From positions 3,904,001 to 3,968,000 of the forward strand of contig OZ241362.1 of assembly GCA_965200315.1 (NCBI GenBank): a DNA stretch of 64,000 nt, read 5' to 3'. The position numbers were made by a program, and so were the translations under genes. The stretch comes from Candidatus Latescibacterota bacterium. GTDB taxonomy: Bacteria; Latescibacterota; UBA2968; UBA8231. The notes under the pieces were generated by a model. The model had not been told where the DNA came from. It saw nothing but the letters and a program-made list of their open reading frames with translations, and searched no databases. Positions 45,898 through 55,576 of the stretch are shown one piece after another (position 1 is the stretch's first letter; each line of letters begins with the position of its first letter).

Positions 45898-48891
45898 CTA
45901 GCGTTGTACTGCTAGCCGCTGACGCGCCCGGCGTATCCCTTGAGCCGCGCCAGCGTGATCGGGTACCAAGCGCAATACGACTTCCCACTGGGCTATTGCT
46001 TGCGACCAATTTTTCTGGGCCGCATAGACTTGTGCCAGCGCATCCCTTGTATCCGGGACCTTAGGGTCAAGCTCAATACTGAGCTTAAACGATGCAGTCG
46101 CTGCGTTTAAATTTCCCTGCATGGCATAGGCCATACCCAGATTGCTGTGGACCAACGCCAGATCCGGTTTAATCTCCAAGGCGCGCCGGTATGCAACTAC
46201 GGCCCGATCATAGCGACCGCTCTGGTGGTAGGCTTGGCCTAGATCATTGAAGGCATCGTAGAGCTGCGGGTCCAGTTGGCAAGCCCGTTCGTAGGCGCGG
46301 ATGGCCGGTGCTATTTGGTTGCGTTGGTACAATACCCGCCCCTTACCATGAAAGGCCGGGGCATAGGAAGGATCTAGTGCAAGGGCGCGTTCAAAAAACT
46401 GCAGTCCCAGCGCAAAGCGGTCCTGTTCGACGTAGGTCAATCCCAACAGGTAATGGGCTCGGGTATTCTCTGGATGGTCAGAGACCTTTTTCTCATAGAG
46501 TTCCACCCGATTCTGCACTAGACTTAAACGCTCAAACAGCACCTGCTCTTTGGCCGCCTGTTCATGCTGTCCCTTGTTCGCGTATAGCTGGGCCAGATGC
46601 AAATGCGGTTTAGGATCCCACGGCGCAAGCCGGACCGCGTTTCTAAAGGCGGTGGCAGCGGCCACTAGGCTATCAGCCCGCAGGTAGGCCAGCCCCAACC
46701 AGTGGGCGTACTCCCAGGCTTGTGGTTTCAGCCGGGTCGCCTGTCCAAGTGCCTTGATTGCCTCGGGTAGTCGCTGCTGCTGCAAATAGACCTTGCCTAG
46801 CAAGTGGTAAGCGTCGGCCCGCGTCGGTTTTATCTGCACGGCCTGTTCCAACACCTTGTGAGCCGCATCCAACTCGCCCAAGCCGGAGAAGAGCACCAAA
46901 CCCAAGTTGATGTAGGCCGGGATGTACTCCGGATCCAGTTCCAAGGCATTTTGCAGCATATCCCGTGCTTCGAGATAGCGGCCCTGTTTGAAGAGAGCCT
47001 CGCTGGAGCGGCGATAATCTGCCGGTCCCCAATCCGGGGCCCCTGTGACCTGCGGTACGAACTCGGATGCGCTGACTGGAGAAGCCGATGCTCTCACGGC
47101 CGGCATCACAGCTATCACTTCATTCCCGGCCACGATCTGGTCGCTACCTTCGCGGACGATCAGATAGCGACGCAGTAGAGGATTGCGGATCACCTGTTTC
47201 AGGCCCGAAGGCCAGTGAATCTCCACCTGATCCACACTCATCGCCCGGCCCAGCCCAAACAGCAGGCGCTCATCGTGCTGACTCTGAAAACCGTACCCGC
47301 GCTGCACTTCCTTGGTTTGCACCAGACCTCCTGCCCGCACGCGTACGCGTGTGCCGATGGCATCCTTGTTGCTTTGCACACCCACCAGTTTCAAGCCCAG
47401 CCAGTTGTGAGCATTCCCTCCGTCGTTGCGCAACAATGCCGGCCGGCCGTTGAGATTGGTCACCAGCAAATCTGGATCGCCATCATTGTCGTAGTCGCCT
47501 ACGGCCCCGCCTCGACTTACCTGTTCGAGTTGCCACCCCGGACCGGCTTGTTCCCCCACTTCGACAAAACGGCCCTGTCTATTTTGATAGAGCAGATTGC
47601 GCTGTGCATAGCGCAGGCCGGTCGCGTATTGACTTAGCTGGGGATAGACGTGCCCGTTGACCACAAATACATCCTGCCAGCCGTCGTTGTCGTAGTCGAA
47701 AAAACCCGCGCTCCAACCTAGATAGGGTAGTACTGCACCGCCTAGCCCCACTTCATAGGTGGCATCTACAAATGCGCCGTTGCCCCGATTCCGGTACAGC
47801 GTATTAACATCGTCCGAAAAATTGGTCACGTACAGATCCAGATCGCCGTCGTTGTCGTAGTCGCCACCGTGGACGCCCATGCCGGCTTGAGCCCGACCGC
47901 CTTCGCTAAAGCCTACCCCCAGCGGAATGGCGGTGTCGACTAGGTTCCAGTTCCCGTCGTTCCGATAGAGAACGTTGACTTCCGAGTCATTGGCCACATA
48001 GATATCGGCGTCACCATCGTTGTCGTAATCCACAAAAACAACACCCAGTCCCGGCAGCGGCCGATCAGGCCCTAAAGCCTGGGTCCTATCCTCAAAGCGA
48101 TCCCCGCCTAGGTTGCGGTACATGCGATCTGATTCCGCTGTCATTCCTTGGGGTCCACAAAAGCTCTCAAGCCCTTTGTAGAGGCACTTTTTCCATCCAA
48201 CTGGTGGATTTTCCAGATCAAACGCCAGATAATTGACCACGTAGAGATCCAGCAGGCCGTCCTCGTCTAGGTCTCCGAACACAGCGCTAGTGCCCCAGCC
48301 CTCGTCGTCCACACCCACTACCTCGGCGATCTGGTTAAAGTGGCCATCCCCTTCGTTGCGGTAGAGTCTGTTGGGCCCCCAGTACGTAGCGTAAAGGTCC
48401 ACGTCGCCATCGTTGTCGTAGTCGCCCACCGCGCAGCCCATACCCCAACCCCTGTAATCGACGCCAGCCTGCTGACTTACCTCCGCGAAGATGCGCTCAC
48501 CCGTTGCCGCCTCGGTGCTGCGATAGAGCCGGCTGTGGTTGCCGACCGTCTCGTCTTCTAGGCGCGTGCCATTGGCAAAAAAAATGTCCAGATAACCGTC
48601 GCCGTCGCTATCGAAAAAAGCCACACCCGCCGATATGGTCTCCAGTATGTAGCCCTGCTCGGGACCACCCGACACATTCTCAAAGTCCAGACCCAAGGTC
48701 TGCCCCACATCCTCGAAATACACGGCCATAGTTTCCACCTTGGCCGCCTGCGAAACGGGTTGAGGTTCCGGCAGTTCAGTGCGATCTGTGGACTCGGGCT
48801 CAGTGGCGCATCCCAAGCCTAGCGATAACAAGAAAACAGTGCCGTATGCACAAATTTTGCGGCACCTGTCAAATGCGATGCAGGGTATCAA
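45898..48891 (-). CDS. Lipoprotein with FG-GAP/CRTAC1 repeats, ASPIC/UnbV domain and C-terminal TPRs
   Basis: Lipobox GLG-C; repeated DYDNDGD.D; SNKDAIGTRV...GFQSQH..RLLFGLG; TPRs. Confidence 0.9.
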   Translation of the reverse strand: MIPCIAFDRCRKICAYGTVFLLSLGLGCATEPESTDRTELPEPQPVSQAAKVETMAVYFEDVGQTLGLDFENVSGGPEQGYILETISAGVAFFDSDGDGYLDIFFANGTRLEDETVGNHSRLYRSTEAATGERIFAEVSQQAGVDYRGWGMGCAVGDYDNDGDVDLYATYWGPNRLYRNEGDGHFNQIAEVVGVDDEGWGTSAVFGDLDEDGLLDLYVVNYLAFDLENPPVGWKKCLYKGLESFCGPQGMTAESDRMYRNLGGDRFEDRTQALGPDRPLPGLGVVFVDYDNDGDADIYVANDSEVNVLYRNDGNWNLVDTAIPLGVGFSEGGRAQAGMGVHGGDYDNDGDLDLYVTNFSDDVNTLYRNRGNGAFVDATYEVGLGGAVLPYLGWSAGFFDYDNDGWQDVFVVNGHVYPQLSQYATGLRYAQRNLLYQNRQGRFVEVGEQAGPGWQLEQVSRGGAVGDYDNDGDPDLLVTNLNGRPALLRNDGGNAHNWLGLKLVGVQSNKDAIGTRVRVRAGGLVQTKEVQRGYGFQSQHDERLLFGLGRAMSVDQVEIHWPSGLKQVIRNPLLRRYLIVREGSDQIVAGNEVIAVMPAVRASASPVSASEFVPQVTGAPDWGPADYRRSSEALFKQGRYLEARDMLQNALELDPEYIPAYINLGLVLFSGLGELDAAHKVLEQAVQIKPTRADAYHLLGKVYLQQQRLPEAIKALGQATRLKPQAWEYAHWLGLAYLRADSLVAAATAFRNAVRLAPWDPKPHLHLAQLYANKGQHEQAAKEQVLFERLSLVQNRVELYEKKVSDHPENTRAHYLLGLTYVEQDRFALGLQFFERALALDPSYAPAFHGKGRVLYQRNQIAPAIRAYERACQLDPQLYDAFNDLGQAYHQSGRYDRAVVAYRRALEIKPDLALVHSNLGMAYAMQGNLNAATASFKLSIELDPKVPDTRDALAQVYAAQKNWSQAIAQWEVVLRLVPDHAGAAQGIRRARQRLAVQR

Positions 48892-48990
48892 GCGTTCTCC
48901 ATTTCACGATGCAGTCCAGTACGGCACACAGACACAATATCTCCTATCATATATCGCCGATGCGGCCCTAGTGCAAAGCGGTGCCTCACA

Positions 48991-51384
48991 TCACAACGGC
49001 CTTATCACTCCGCTTTGGCCATCGACTTCGATCAACTGACCGGTCTTGATCTTCTTGGTCCCGATCAAGGTTCCCACCACCGCTGGCAACCCGTATTCTC
49101 GGGCGACGACCGCCCCATGACACAACGCTCCGCCCCTATCGCTCACTAATCCCGCCCCAACGGCAAAAAGCGGCGTCCAATGGGTATTGGTCGTACTACA
49201 AACCAATATCTCCCCCGGCTGTAGTTCCAATGCTTTATCCAGACTCAAGGCCACGCACGCACGCCCCCTGACAACCCCCGGCGAAGCCCCTACTCCGCGC
49301 ACCGCTCCCGTTGGTGCCTCGAGTGGAGTTGAGGGGCCCCAATACAGGTAATCATCCGCTCCGGCCGGCGGCTCTTCACAAGCACCAAGAAAATCCGGCG
49401 GCGATAGTTGCAATCGCCGATCAAATTCCCGTTGGCGTTCGACGACCCGCGTACGCAACGGCTGCCGCACGCCGAATCCCCAGAGGATGATTTCGTTCAG
49501 TTCTAGGTATTTGATCTCGCTCCGCTTCTTCTTGAGGATACCGCCTTTGATCATTCGGCGGCCCAGTTCGTCGAATAGCGGAAATATGTAATGCGCGGCG
49601 ATCCCATCGACCCAGTAGTTGTGGTCCTCAGTAAGTGGATAATTGGCCAGAGCTACCTGCAAAAGCTCCTCGAAAACCTCGCGTTCCTGTTTTTTCAGCA
49701 GCGAACGCACCTGTGAGGTGAATTGCTCTCGCTCGGCTGCCAACTGGCGCAATTTCACGTGCGGGTCTTCCACGCCCTGCTCGGCGTATTTGAGAACCAA
49801 GGAAGCGAGAAATTCCGGCGAGTCTTTCCAATAGTTTTCTAAATACTGGTCGAAAATCTCTTTGAAGGTCCCCTCAAGCCCGTCCCATCTCCCCTGCTTT
49901 TTGCGCGACCGCAAAGCAGCCCTTAGAAGCTCTTTGTTGGCGGGAGTAAGGTGCTGTTGCAAATGCCATAAAAGATGCCCCTTCTCAACGCTCAAATTTG
50001 ACTGCCCCTGTACCAAGCGGTAGGGTTCGCTTTCTGCGGCATCGGGGAACCGTTTGCGATACCACTCCACCAAGTGCCCAACGGCCTCGACCGCTGTCCC
50101 GCCTAGATGCGCGTGCATCCTCGCGCATTCGCAATACCAAGGCAGTGCTTCGACCAGTACGCTGGCTAACTCGTCGTTGGACAGCACCGACAGATTCAGA
50201 CTGCGGAAATAAGCCCGCTTCTGCTTGAGCCCGGGCAACCATTCACTTTTCCAGAGTTCCGGTATCTCGCGTTCCGTTTTTTTGCGGGCACTTTCTTGCT
50301 CTTTGCGGTTGCCAACCCTGAAGGGTTTTGCCGCTTCGTATGCGTAGCCGTTCACATAGATTCGCATAGGTAACGTGCCGCTGCCCGTTTCTCGCCGCGC
50401 TTTCGCCCAACCTTGCATCCAATACCATTCAAACGACTGATCGAGCGGCGTTTCCAGATTGCCCTTGCGCCAAGTCAGTTCAGCATCTTTGGGATCGTCC
50501 CAGTCCACCGACCAATCTCGTCCATCTTGCGCGAGGGTCGTCACTGGGCGGCACTGCAGCAAATACAGCTTTCCATCCTTAAAAGCGCATTCCAAGTCAA
50601 CGGGCCGCCCCATCCGAGTCTCCAAGTCAACCGCGCTACGGCAGACCTCGCTGACCTGTTCGTCGGTTAGGGTTGACCGCGACTGATTATCCGCAGGCAC
50701 ATCTATTGTGATCGTGCCAGCAGATCCGGCAACGCACATCCGCTCTTTCTTGGCCACGCTCCGCGTCTTGATCCGCAATTCCCGTTTGTCCGCGGTGTAC
50801 GTGTCGGGAACCGAACTGCCATCGACCAGCCCTTCTCCCAACCCCCAATAGGCGTTGATGACGATCTCGCTTGCGTCGTTGGTGACCGGATTGGCGGTAA
50901 ACGCGACCGCCGAAGAATCCGCGGCGACGAACTCCTGCACGAGAATGCCCAGATTGACCTCGTCTGCGCGCGCTCCTGACCGCTTGCGGTAAGCGACTGC
51001 ATGGGGCCGGTAGGCCGCTTCCACACACTCAACTACCGCCGCAGCCACGGCAGCCACGCCCACGACATTCAACAGGGTCTGATATTGGCCGGCAAAGGAA
51101 TTAACCGCACCGTCCTCCGCCACCGCCGAGGATCGAATCGCCACCGCCGGCTTGGGAGTTCCGCAGCGAGTGCCCAGTTCCGCGTACGCGGCTTCAATCT
51201 CCGCACGAAGGTCGGGAGGCAGCGATGCACTCCGCACCAACACCACTCTCGCCGTGGCACTAGCGGTAATGCAAAAACCAAGCGGCACTTGTCCGCCGCT
51301 ATGTAGCTGGTTGAGGTTAGCCGCTTTACCGCCTACCAGTTCCCTTTTGCCGCTTGCAGGGTCGTCTAACCAAATAACATTCAA
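48991..51384 (-). CDS. PEP-utilizing enzyme family, rifamycin phosphotransferase-like architecture
   Basis: GGKAANL, RSSAVAED...SFAGQ, LLQCRPVT ATP-grasp; helical middle; GGALCHGAVVAREYGLPAVVG phospho-His swivel at the C-terminus. Confidence 0.85.
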   Translation of the reverse strand: MNVIWLDDPASGKRELVGGKAANLNQLHSGGQVPLGFCITASATARVVLVRSASLPPDLRAEIEAAYAELGTRCGTPKPAVAIRSSAVAEDGAVNSFAGQYQTLLNVVGVAAVAAAVVECVEAAYRPHAVAYRKRSGARADEVNLGILVQEFVAADSSAVAFTANPVTNDASEIVINAYWGLGEGLVDGSSVPDTYTADKRELRIKTRSVAKKERMCVAGSAGTITIDVPADNQSRSTLTDEQVSEVCRSAVDLETRMGRPVDLECAFKDGKLYLLQCRPVTTLAQDGRDWSVDWDDPKDAELTWRKGNLETPLDQSFEWYWMQGWAKARRETGSGTLPMRIYVNGYAYEAAKPFRVGNRKEQESARKKTEREIPELWKSEWLPGLKQKRAYFRSLNLSVLSNDELASVLVEALPWYCECARMHAHLGGTAVEAVGHLVEWYRKRFPDAAESEPYRLVQGQSNLSVEKGHLLWHLQQHLTPANKELLRAALRSRKKQGRWDGLEGTFKEIFDQYLENYWKDSPEFLASLVLKYAEQGVEDPHVKLRQLAAEREQFTSQVRSLLKKQEREVFEELLQVALANYPLTEDHNYWVDGIAAHYIFPLFDELGRRMIKGGILKKKRSEIKYLELNEIILWGFGVRQPLRTRVVERQREFDRRLQLSPPDFLGACEEPPAGADDYLYWGPSTPLEAPTGAVRGVGASPGVVRGRACVALSLDKALELQPGEILVCSTTNTHWTPLFAVGAGLVSDRGGALCHGAVVAREYGLPAVVGTLIGTKKIKTGQLIEVDGQSGVIRPL

Positions 51385-51477
51385 AGCTACTTTTTCCTTA
51401 CCAAATGAGAGCGTTTCACGTAGCTAATTCCGCAGACTCGGCGTCGATTCCAGCGCAACGCATACCGGGCCGCAGAA

Positions 51478-53379
51478 TCAGCCCACCAAAACCCGGACAT
51501 CGCCCCGCCTTGCCGTCAATCCTTCGGCGTCGAAGTGCCCTAAAAGCGCCATCGCGCATTTGCGGTTGCTGCCAATCAGCGTGCGGAATTCGGCTACTGT
51601 AATCTCGCTGTCGCGCTCGAGAGAATCGCTCAGCAGCGTCCGCGCACGGGCGAGGGCCTCGCCATGGATCAGCAAGCCCCCCTCCAACGCGACCACCTCT
51701 CCCAGAGCTTGTAGCGCCTGGACTATGTCCGTTACCTGCGGCAAGGGAGCGTCGAGGGATTGAGCTAGCTCAGCCATTGTCGGCAAGTCGGCGAAATCCT
51801 CGGTGTTGAGCCGCGCTTCCATAGCTGTCTTTAGCACCTCTTGCTCCGGGGTGAAGTAAATGCCGTGCGACGCAGCTCTTACTACGGCTCCATCGAGCGC
51901 GATCCGCCCCGCTTCCTCCAAGTAGCGCAACACGCAGTCGAACAGTTCGGGCTGGATGTAGCGCGCACTCAAATTGCGCAGCTCCTCGCGCGGCAATCCC
52001 AACTTGAGCGGCTGGGCGCGATGAAAGCTCGCCAGCGCGGCCTCGATCTGCGCGCCCCAGTGCTCGCACACGTCCAAATGCAAAACGTGCGGTTGCCCCT
52101 CCGACACCACGCGCACGGCGCGGCCATCCGCTACCAGCGCATCCGTCAAACCCGCCAACCGCTCCACGCCAATGCCCATCTCGCCGGCTAGCACCTGCTG
52201 GCTCTTGAGCCGGTCATCCGCGTGGCGGAGCCAGCACTCGACGACTTCGGGCAGGTCGGCATGGGCCAACGCCTGCAAATACTCCAGCAGCACTGGCTCA
52301 AAGCGCCGGTGCTTGACCGGGTGCGGGTTGAGCACGCGGCCGCCGCCAATGGTTAGCGCCGGCGAGTATCGGCGCAGCACAAAGCGGTCGTCCCAAGCCG
52401 CAACCACGGGAGCCTCTAGGCGAAGCTGGGCAAAACCCTCCTGCCCAGGCCTCAAAGGTTCGCCACCGGGCAGCACGACCCGCGCCATAATCTCTCGCGT
52501 GCCCAAGTGCAGACGCACTCGGGTGCGCGATGCCATGGTCATGGGGCTTGAAGCGAGGAGCTGCACCTCGGCGTCCAGCATCTGCGTGGGGCGGAAAAAT
52601 CCGCGCGCGACCAGCGAGTGCCCGCGTTCGATTTGGCCCTGCTCCACGCCAGCTAAGTTGATCGCGGCTCGGTCCCCGGCCCGCACCTCTTGTACCGTTG
52701 CGCCGTGCTGTTGCAAGCGGCGCACGCGAGCCGACCGATTCTCAGGCGCGATCTCCACGCGGTCGCCCTCGGCCAAGACCCCGGCCTGCACCGTGCCCGT
52801 ACAGACCAGACCAAATCCCTTGACCCCAAAGGCCCGATCTACGGGCAGGCGGAACGGCGCGTCGGTGCGCTTAGCTGCGGTGTCCTCGACCATAGCCAAC
52901 AGCCGCTGCCTCAGCGGGTCAATGCCCGCGCCGCTGAGCGCAGAGACGCGAAAGACCTCGGCCTGGGCCAAGAAACTCCCCTGCACAAACTCCCGCACCT
53001 CTTCCTCCACCAAGTCCAACCACTCTTCTTCCACCAAGTCGGCCTTGTTGATCACCACCACCCCGCGCTCGACCCCCAACAGCCGCAGCACGTCGAGATG
53101 CTCCCGCGACTGCGGCATCACGCCGTCGTCCGCGGCAATAACCAGCATGGCCACGTCAATGGTGCTGACACCGGCCACCATGGTCTTGACGAAGCGCTCG
53201 TGCCCAGGCACATCGATGATCGTGGCCTGAGCGCCCAAAAAGGCAAAGCCGAGTTCAATGGTAATCCCCCGCGCCCGCTCTTCCGGGGCCAGATCGGTAT
53301 CCATGCCGGTCAGCGCCTTGACCAACAAGGTCTTGCCGTGGTCGATGTGCCCGGCCGTGCCAATAACAGTGTGCGCCAT
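51478..53379 (-). CDS. selB: Selenocysteine-specific translation elongation factor
   Basis: [34 protein letters not shown]-terminal winged helices (SNRK...LLGHFD...RRGDVR). Confidence 0.95.
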   Translation of the reverse strand: MAHTVIGTAGHIDHGKTLLVKALTGMDTDLAPEERARGITIELGFAFLGAQATIIDVPGHERFVKTMVAGVSTIDVAMLVIAADDGVMPQSREHLDVLRLLGVERGVVVINKADLVEEEWLDLVEEEVREFVQGSFLAQAEVFRVSALSGAGIDPLRQRLLAMVEDTAAKRTDAPFRLPVDRAFGVKGFGLVCTGTVQAGVLAEGDRVEIAPENRSARVRRLQQHGATVQEVRAGDRAAINLAGVEQGQIERGHSLVARGFFRPTQMLDAEVQLLASSPMTMASRTRVRLHLGTREIMARVVLPGGEPLRPGQEGFAQLRLEAPVVAAWDDRFVLRRYSPALTIGGGRVLNPHPVKHRRFEPVLLEYLQALAHADLPEVVECWLRHADDRLKSQQVLAGEMGIGVERLAGLTDALVADGRAVRVVSEGQPHVLHLDVCEHWGAQIEAALASFHRAQPLKLGLPREELRNLSARYIQPELFDCVLRYLEEAGRIALDGAVVRAASHGIYFTPEQEVLKTAMEARLNTEDFADLPTMAELAQSLDAPLPQVTDIVQALQALGEVVALEGGLLIHGEALARARTLLSDSLERDSEITVAEFRTLIGSNRKCAMALLGHFDAEGLTARRGDVRVLVG

Positions 53380-53445
53380 CTGCTCAATATCCTATAATGT
53401 CCTATATTGACGTGAAATCCCGCGCCCACAACAAGGAACGTCTCC

Positions 53446-53547
53446 ATGTACCTCAAGCACCTGCGTCATCCAAAACAGCTACACGGCCGGGCCATGATCG
53501 CGGCCGTCGTCGAGGCGTGGGTCGCCAAAATCGATCAGGAGCGCTAG
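53446..53547 (+). CDS. Possible 33-aa small ORF or gene remnant (MYLKHLRHPKQLHGRAMIAAVVEAWVAKIDQER)
   Basis: Hand-translated; SD-like AAGGA upstream; stop 1 nt before the next ATG. Confidence 0.35.
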   Translation: MYLKHLRHPKQLHGRAMIAAVVEAWVAKIDQER

Positions 53548-53548
53548 C

Positions 53549-54172
53549 ATGACCCAAGTACTGACCGTGCATCCCGACCGCCTCAAGGGCCGCCACATCC
53601 AGCGCGCCGCCGAAGTGCTGCGCCAAAGCGGCGTCATCGTCTATCCCACCGACACCATCTACGGCCTCGGCTGCGACATTACCAACAAGCAGGCGATTGA
53701 GCGCGTACAGCGCATCAAGGGCCGCGACAAAAAGAAACCCATGTCCTTTGTGTGCGCTGACCTGACCCACATCAGCGACTACGCCCGCGTCTCCAACTTT
53801 GCCTACCGCATCCTCAAGCAGTGCCTGCCGGGGGCGTACACCTTTGTGTTGCCGGCCACCCGCCAGACGCCGCGTATCCTGCAAACCAAACAGAAAACCG
53901 TCGGCCTGCGGATCCCCGATCACCCGGTGCCGCTGGCCTTGGTCCGCGCCCTCGGCCAACCCATCCTGAGCACCAGCGCCAACTACACCGATCAAGAGGT
54001 GATAACCGAGCCGTGGGCCTTGGAAGAAGAATTAGGACCGCAGGTGGATTTGATCTTGGAGTGCGGGCCGCTGCCGGTGGAGGCTTCGAGCGTGGTGTCG
54101 CTGGTGGGGGATCAGGCCGAGGTGTTGCGAGAGGGCAAAGGGGATTTGCGTTTGTTTGCCGAGGAAGCGTAA
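53549..54172 (+). CDS. L-threonylcarbamoyladenylate synthase family (Sua5/TsaC/YciO)
   Basis: YPTDTIYGLGC, IKGR...KP, PGAYTFVL, TVGLRIP, STSAN. Confidence 0.92.
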   Translation: MTQVLTVHPDRLKGRHIQRAAEVLRQSGVIVYPTDTIYGLGCDITNKQAIERVQRIKGRDKKKPMSFVCADLTHISDYARVSNFAYRILKQCLPGAYTFVLPATRQTPRILQTKQKTVGLRIPDHPVPLALVRALGQPILSTSANYTDQEVITEPWALEEELGPQVDLILECGPLPVEASSVVSLVGDQAEVLREGKGDLRLFAEEA

Positions 54173-54228
54173 GAGGCGTTAAAATTAGCAGGAGATCTAC
54201 TAAAATATACTTGTTTAGCGATATAATA

Positions 54229-54280
54229 GAGTATAGATGAGTATAAATAGATAGAAATAGGTATAAATAAATAGAATATC
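54229..54280 (+). repeat. AT-rich 10/20-bp periodic degenerate tandem repeat upstream of the ATPase
   Basis: GAGTATAGAT GAGTATAAAT AGATAGAAAT AGGTATAAAT AAATAGAATA, preceded by TATAAT at 54222-54227. Confidence 0.65.
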
Positions 54281-54284
54281 GTTT

Positions 54285-55475
54285 ATGGACCCCATAAAAA
54301 ACCCTTTTTCACCCGGTGCTGGAGCACCCCCTCCCGAACTCGTTGGCAGGGACGATGTGCTTGATCAGGCTCGCATTCTACTAGGCCGAATCAAGCAACG
54401 CCGGGCTGAAAAGAGCATCCTACTGACGGGATTGCGCGGCGTGGGCAAAACCGTCTTGCTCAACGAAATGGAACGAACCGCCCAAGCGGACGGATATCGC
54501 ACGCTTCTCGTCGAAGCCCACGAACAGAAGCCGTTAGGTGCACTGCTGGCCGCTCCTTTGCGTCAACTGCTCTATAAACTGGACCGGCTGGCAGGCGCGG
54601 GGCACAAGGCGCGTCAAGCCTTGGCAGTTCTCAAAGGCTTTTTCGGGACGATCAGTGTCAAGATGGAAGGGATAGAATTAGGGCTGGACATCGATGCGGA
54701 GAAGGGGACCGCAGACAGCGGTGACCTCGAAATTGACTTGCCTGATCTGTTCACGGCGGTGGCAGAAGCAGCCGCGGAACAGGGGACGTGTATAGCTGTC
54801 ATGATCGACGAGATACAGTATCTCAATAAAAAGGAACTCGGCGCACTCATCATGTCCATGCACAGGATGCAGCAGCGCCAACTGCCATTGGTGTTGCTGG
54901 GTGCTGGCCTCCCCATCCTGCCAGGTTTAGCGGGCGAGTCCAAATCGTATGCTGAGCGGTTATTCAGTTTTCCCGATGTTGGCGCACTTTCCGAGTCCGA
55001 CACCAGCAGAGCCTTGCAAGCCCCCGTCAAACAATACAGAGTCGAGTTCGACGAAGCCGCCGTCCGGGAAATATACCGTCTCACTCAAGGCTATCCCTAC
55101 TTTCTCCAAGAATGGGGTTATCAAGCCTGGAATCGGGCCGAAGTCTCGCCGATCAGCTTGGTGGTCGTGCAAGACGCTTTCGCGACCGTAACCAAGCGCC
55201 TTGACGAGAATTTTTTCCGTGTTCGCTTTAATCGCCTGACTCCGAGGGAGAAGCGGTTTCTCCGCGTCATGGCGGAACTTGGCCCAAGAGCGCAGCGCGG
55301 CAGTGAGGTCGCAGAGTGCTTGTCAGTAAAAATCAACAGCATCGGGCCAACCCGGGCGAAACTCATCAACAAGGGCATGATCTACAGTCCGGCGCACGGC
55401 TACTTGGCGTTTACTGTTCCCTTGTTTGATGATTTTATGCGGCGCACCATGCCTGAATTTGCAGAGAGGGGCTAA
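54285..55475 (+). CDS. P-loop ATPase (AAA_16-like) with probable C-terminal winged helix
   Basis: NPFSPGAG.PP.LVGR, GLRGVGKT, IDEIQ, GYPYFLQ, R.KLINKGMIY. Confidence 0.88.
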   Translation: MDPIKNPFSPGAGAPPPELVGRDDVLDQARILLGRIKQRRAEKSILLTGLRGVGKTVLLNEMERTAQADGYRTLLVEAHEQKPLGALLAAPLRQLLYKLDRLAGAGHKARQALAVLKGFFGTISVKMEGIELGLDIDAEKGTADSGDLEIDLPDLFTAVAEAAAEQGTCIAVMIDEIQYLNKKELGALIMSMHRMQQRQLPLVLLGAGLPILPGLAGESKSYAERLFSFPDVGALSESDTSRALQAPVKQYRVEFDEAAVREIYRLTQGYPYFLQEWGYQAWNRAEVSPISLVVVQDAFATVTKRLDENFFRVRFNRLTPREKRFLRVMAELGPRAQRGSEVAECLSVKINSIGPTRAKLINKGMIYSPAHGYLAFTVPLFDDFMRRTMPEFAERG

Positions 55476-55576
55476 GCATCAAAGACGGATGGATTGGCTC
55501 TAAACTCAATCGTTACCTCGCCAAAGAAATAGCTGACGCAAAGAACCTCAGGAAGAAAGGTAGCACGGTTTCTACA

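Noticed and set aside
47420-48620. Recurrent CGTTGTCGTAGTCG nucleotide repeats
   Set aside because: They simply encode the DYDNDG FG-GAP repeats of the CRTAC1-like protein
52172-53397. Long plus-strand ORFs (352 aa, 235 aa) opposite selB
   Set aside because: Antisense shadows of a GC-rich gene, with no recognisable motifs
54229-54280. CRISPR array or replication origin
   Set aside because: The units are 10 bp with no spacers, and there are no cas genes, DnaA boxes or rep gene
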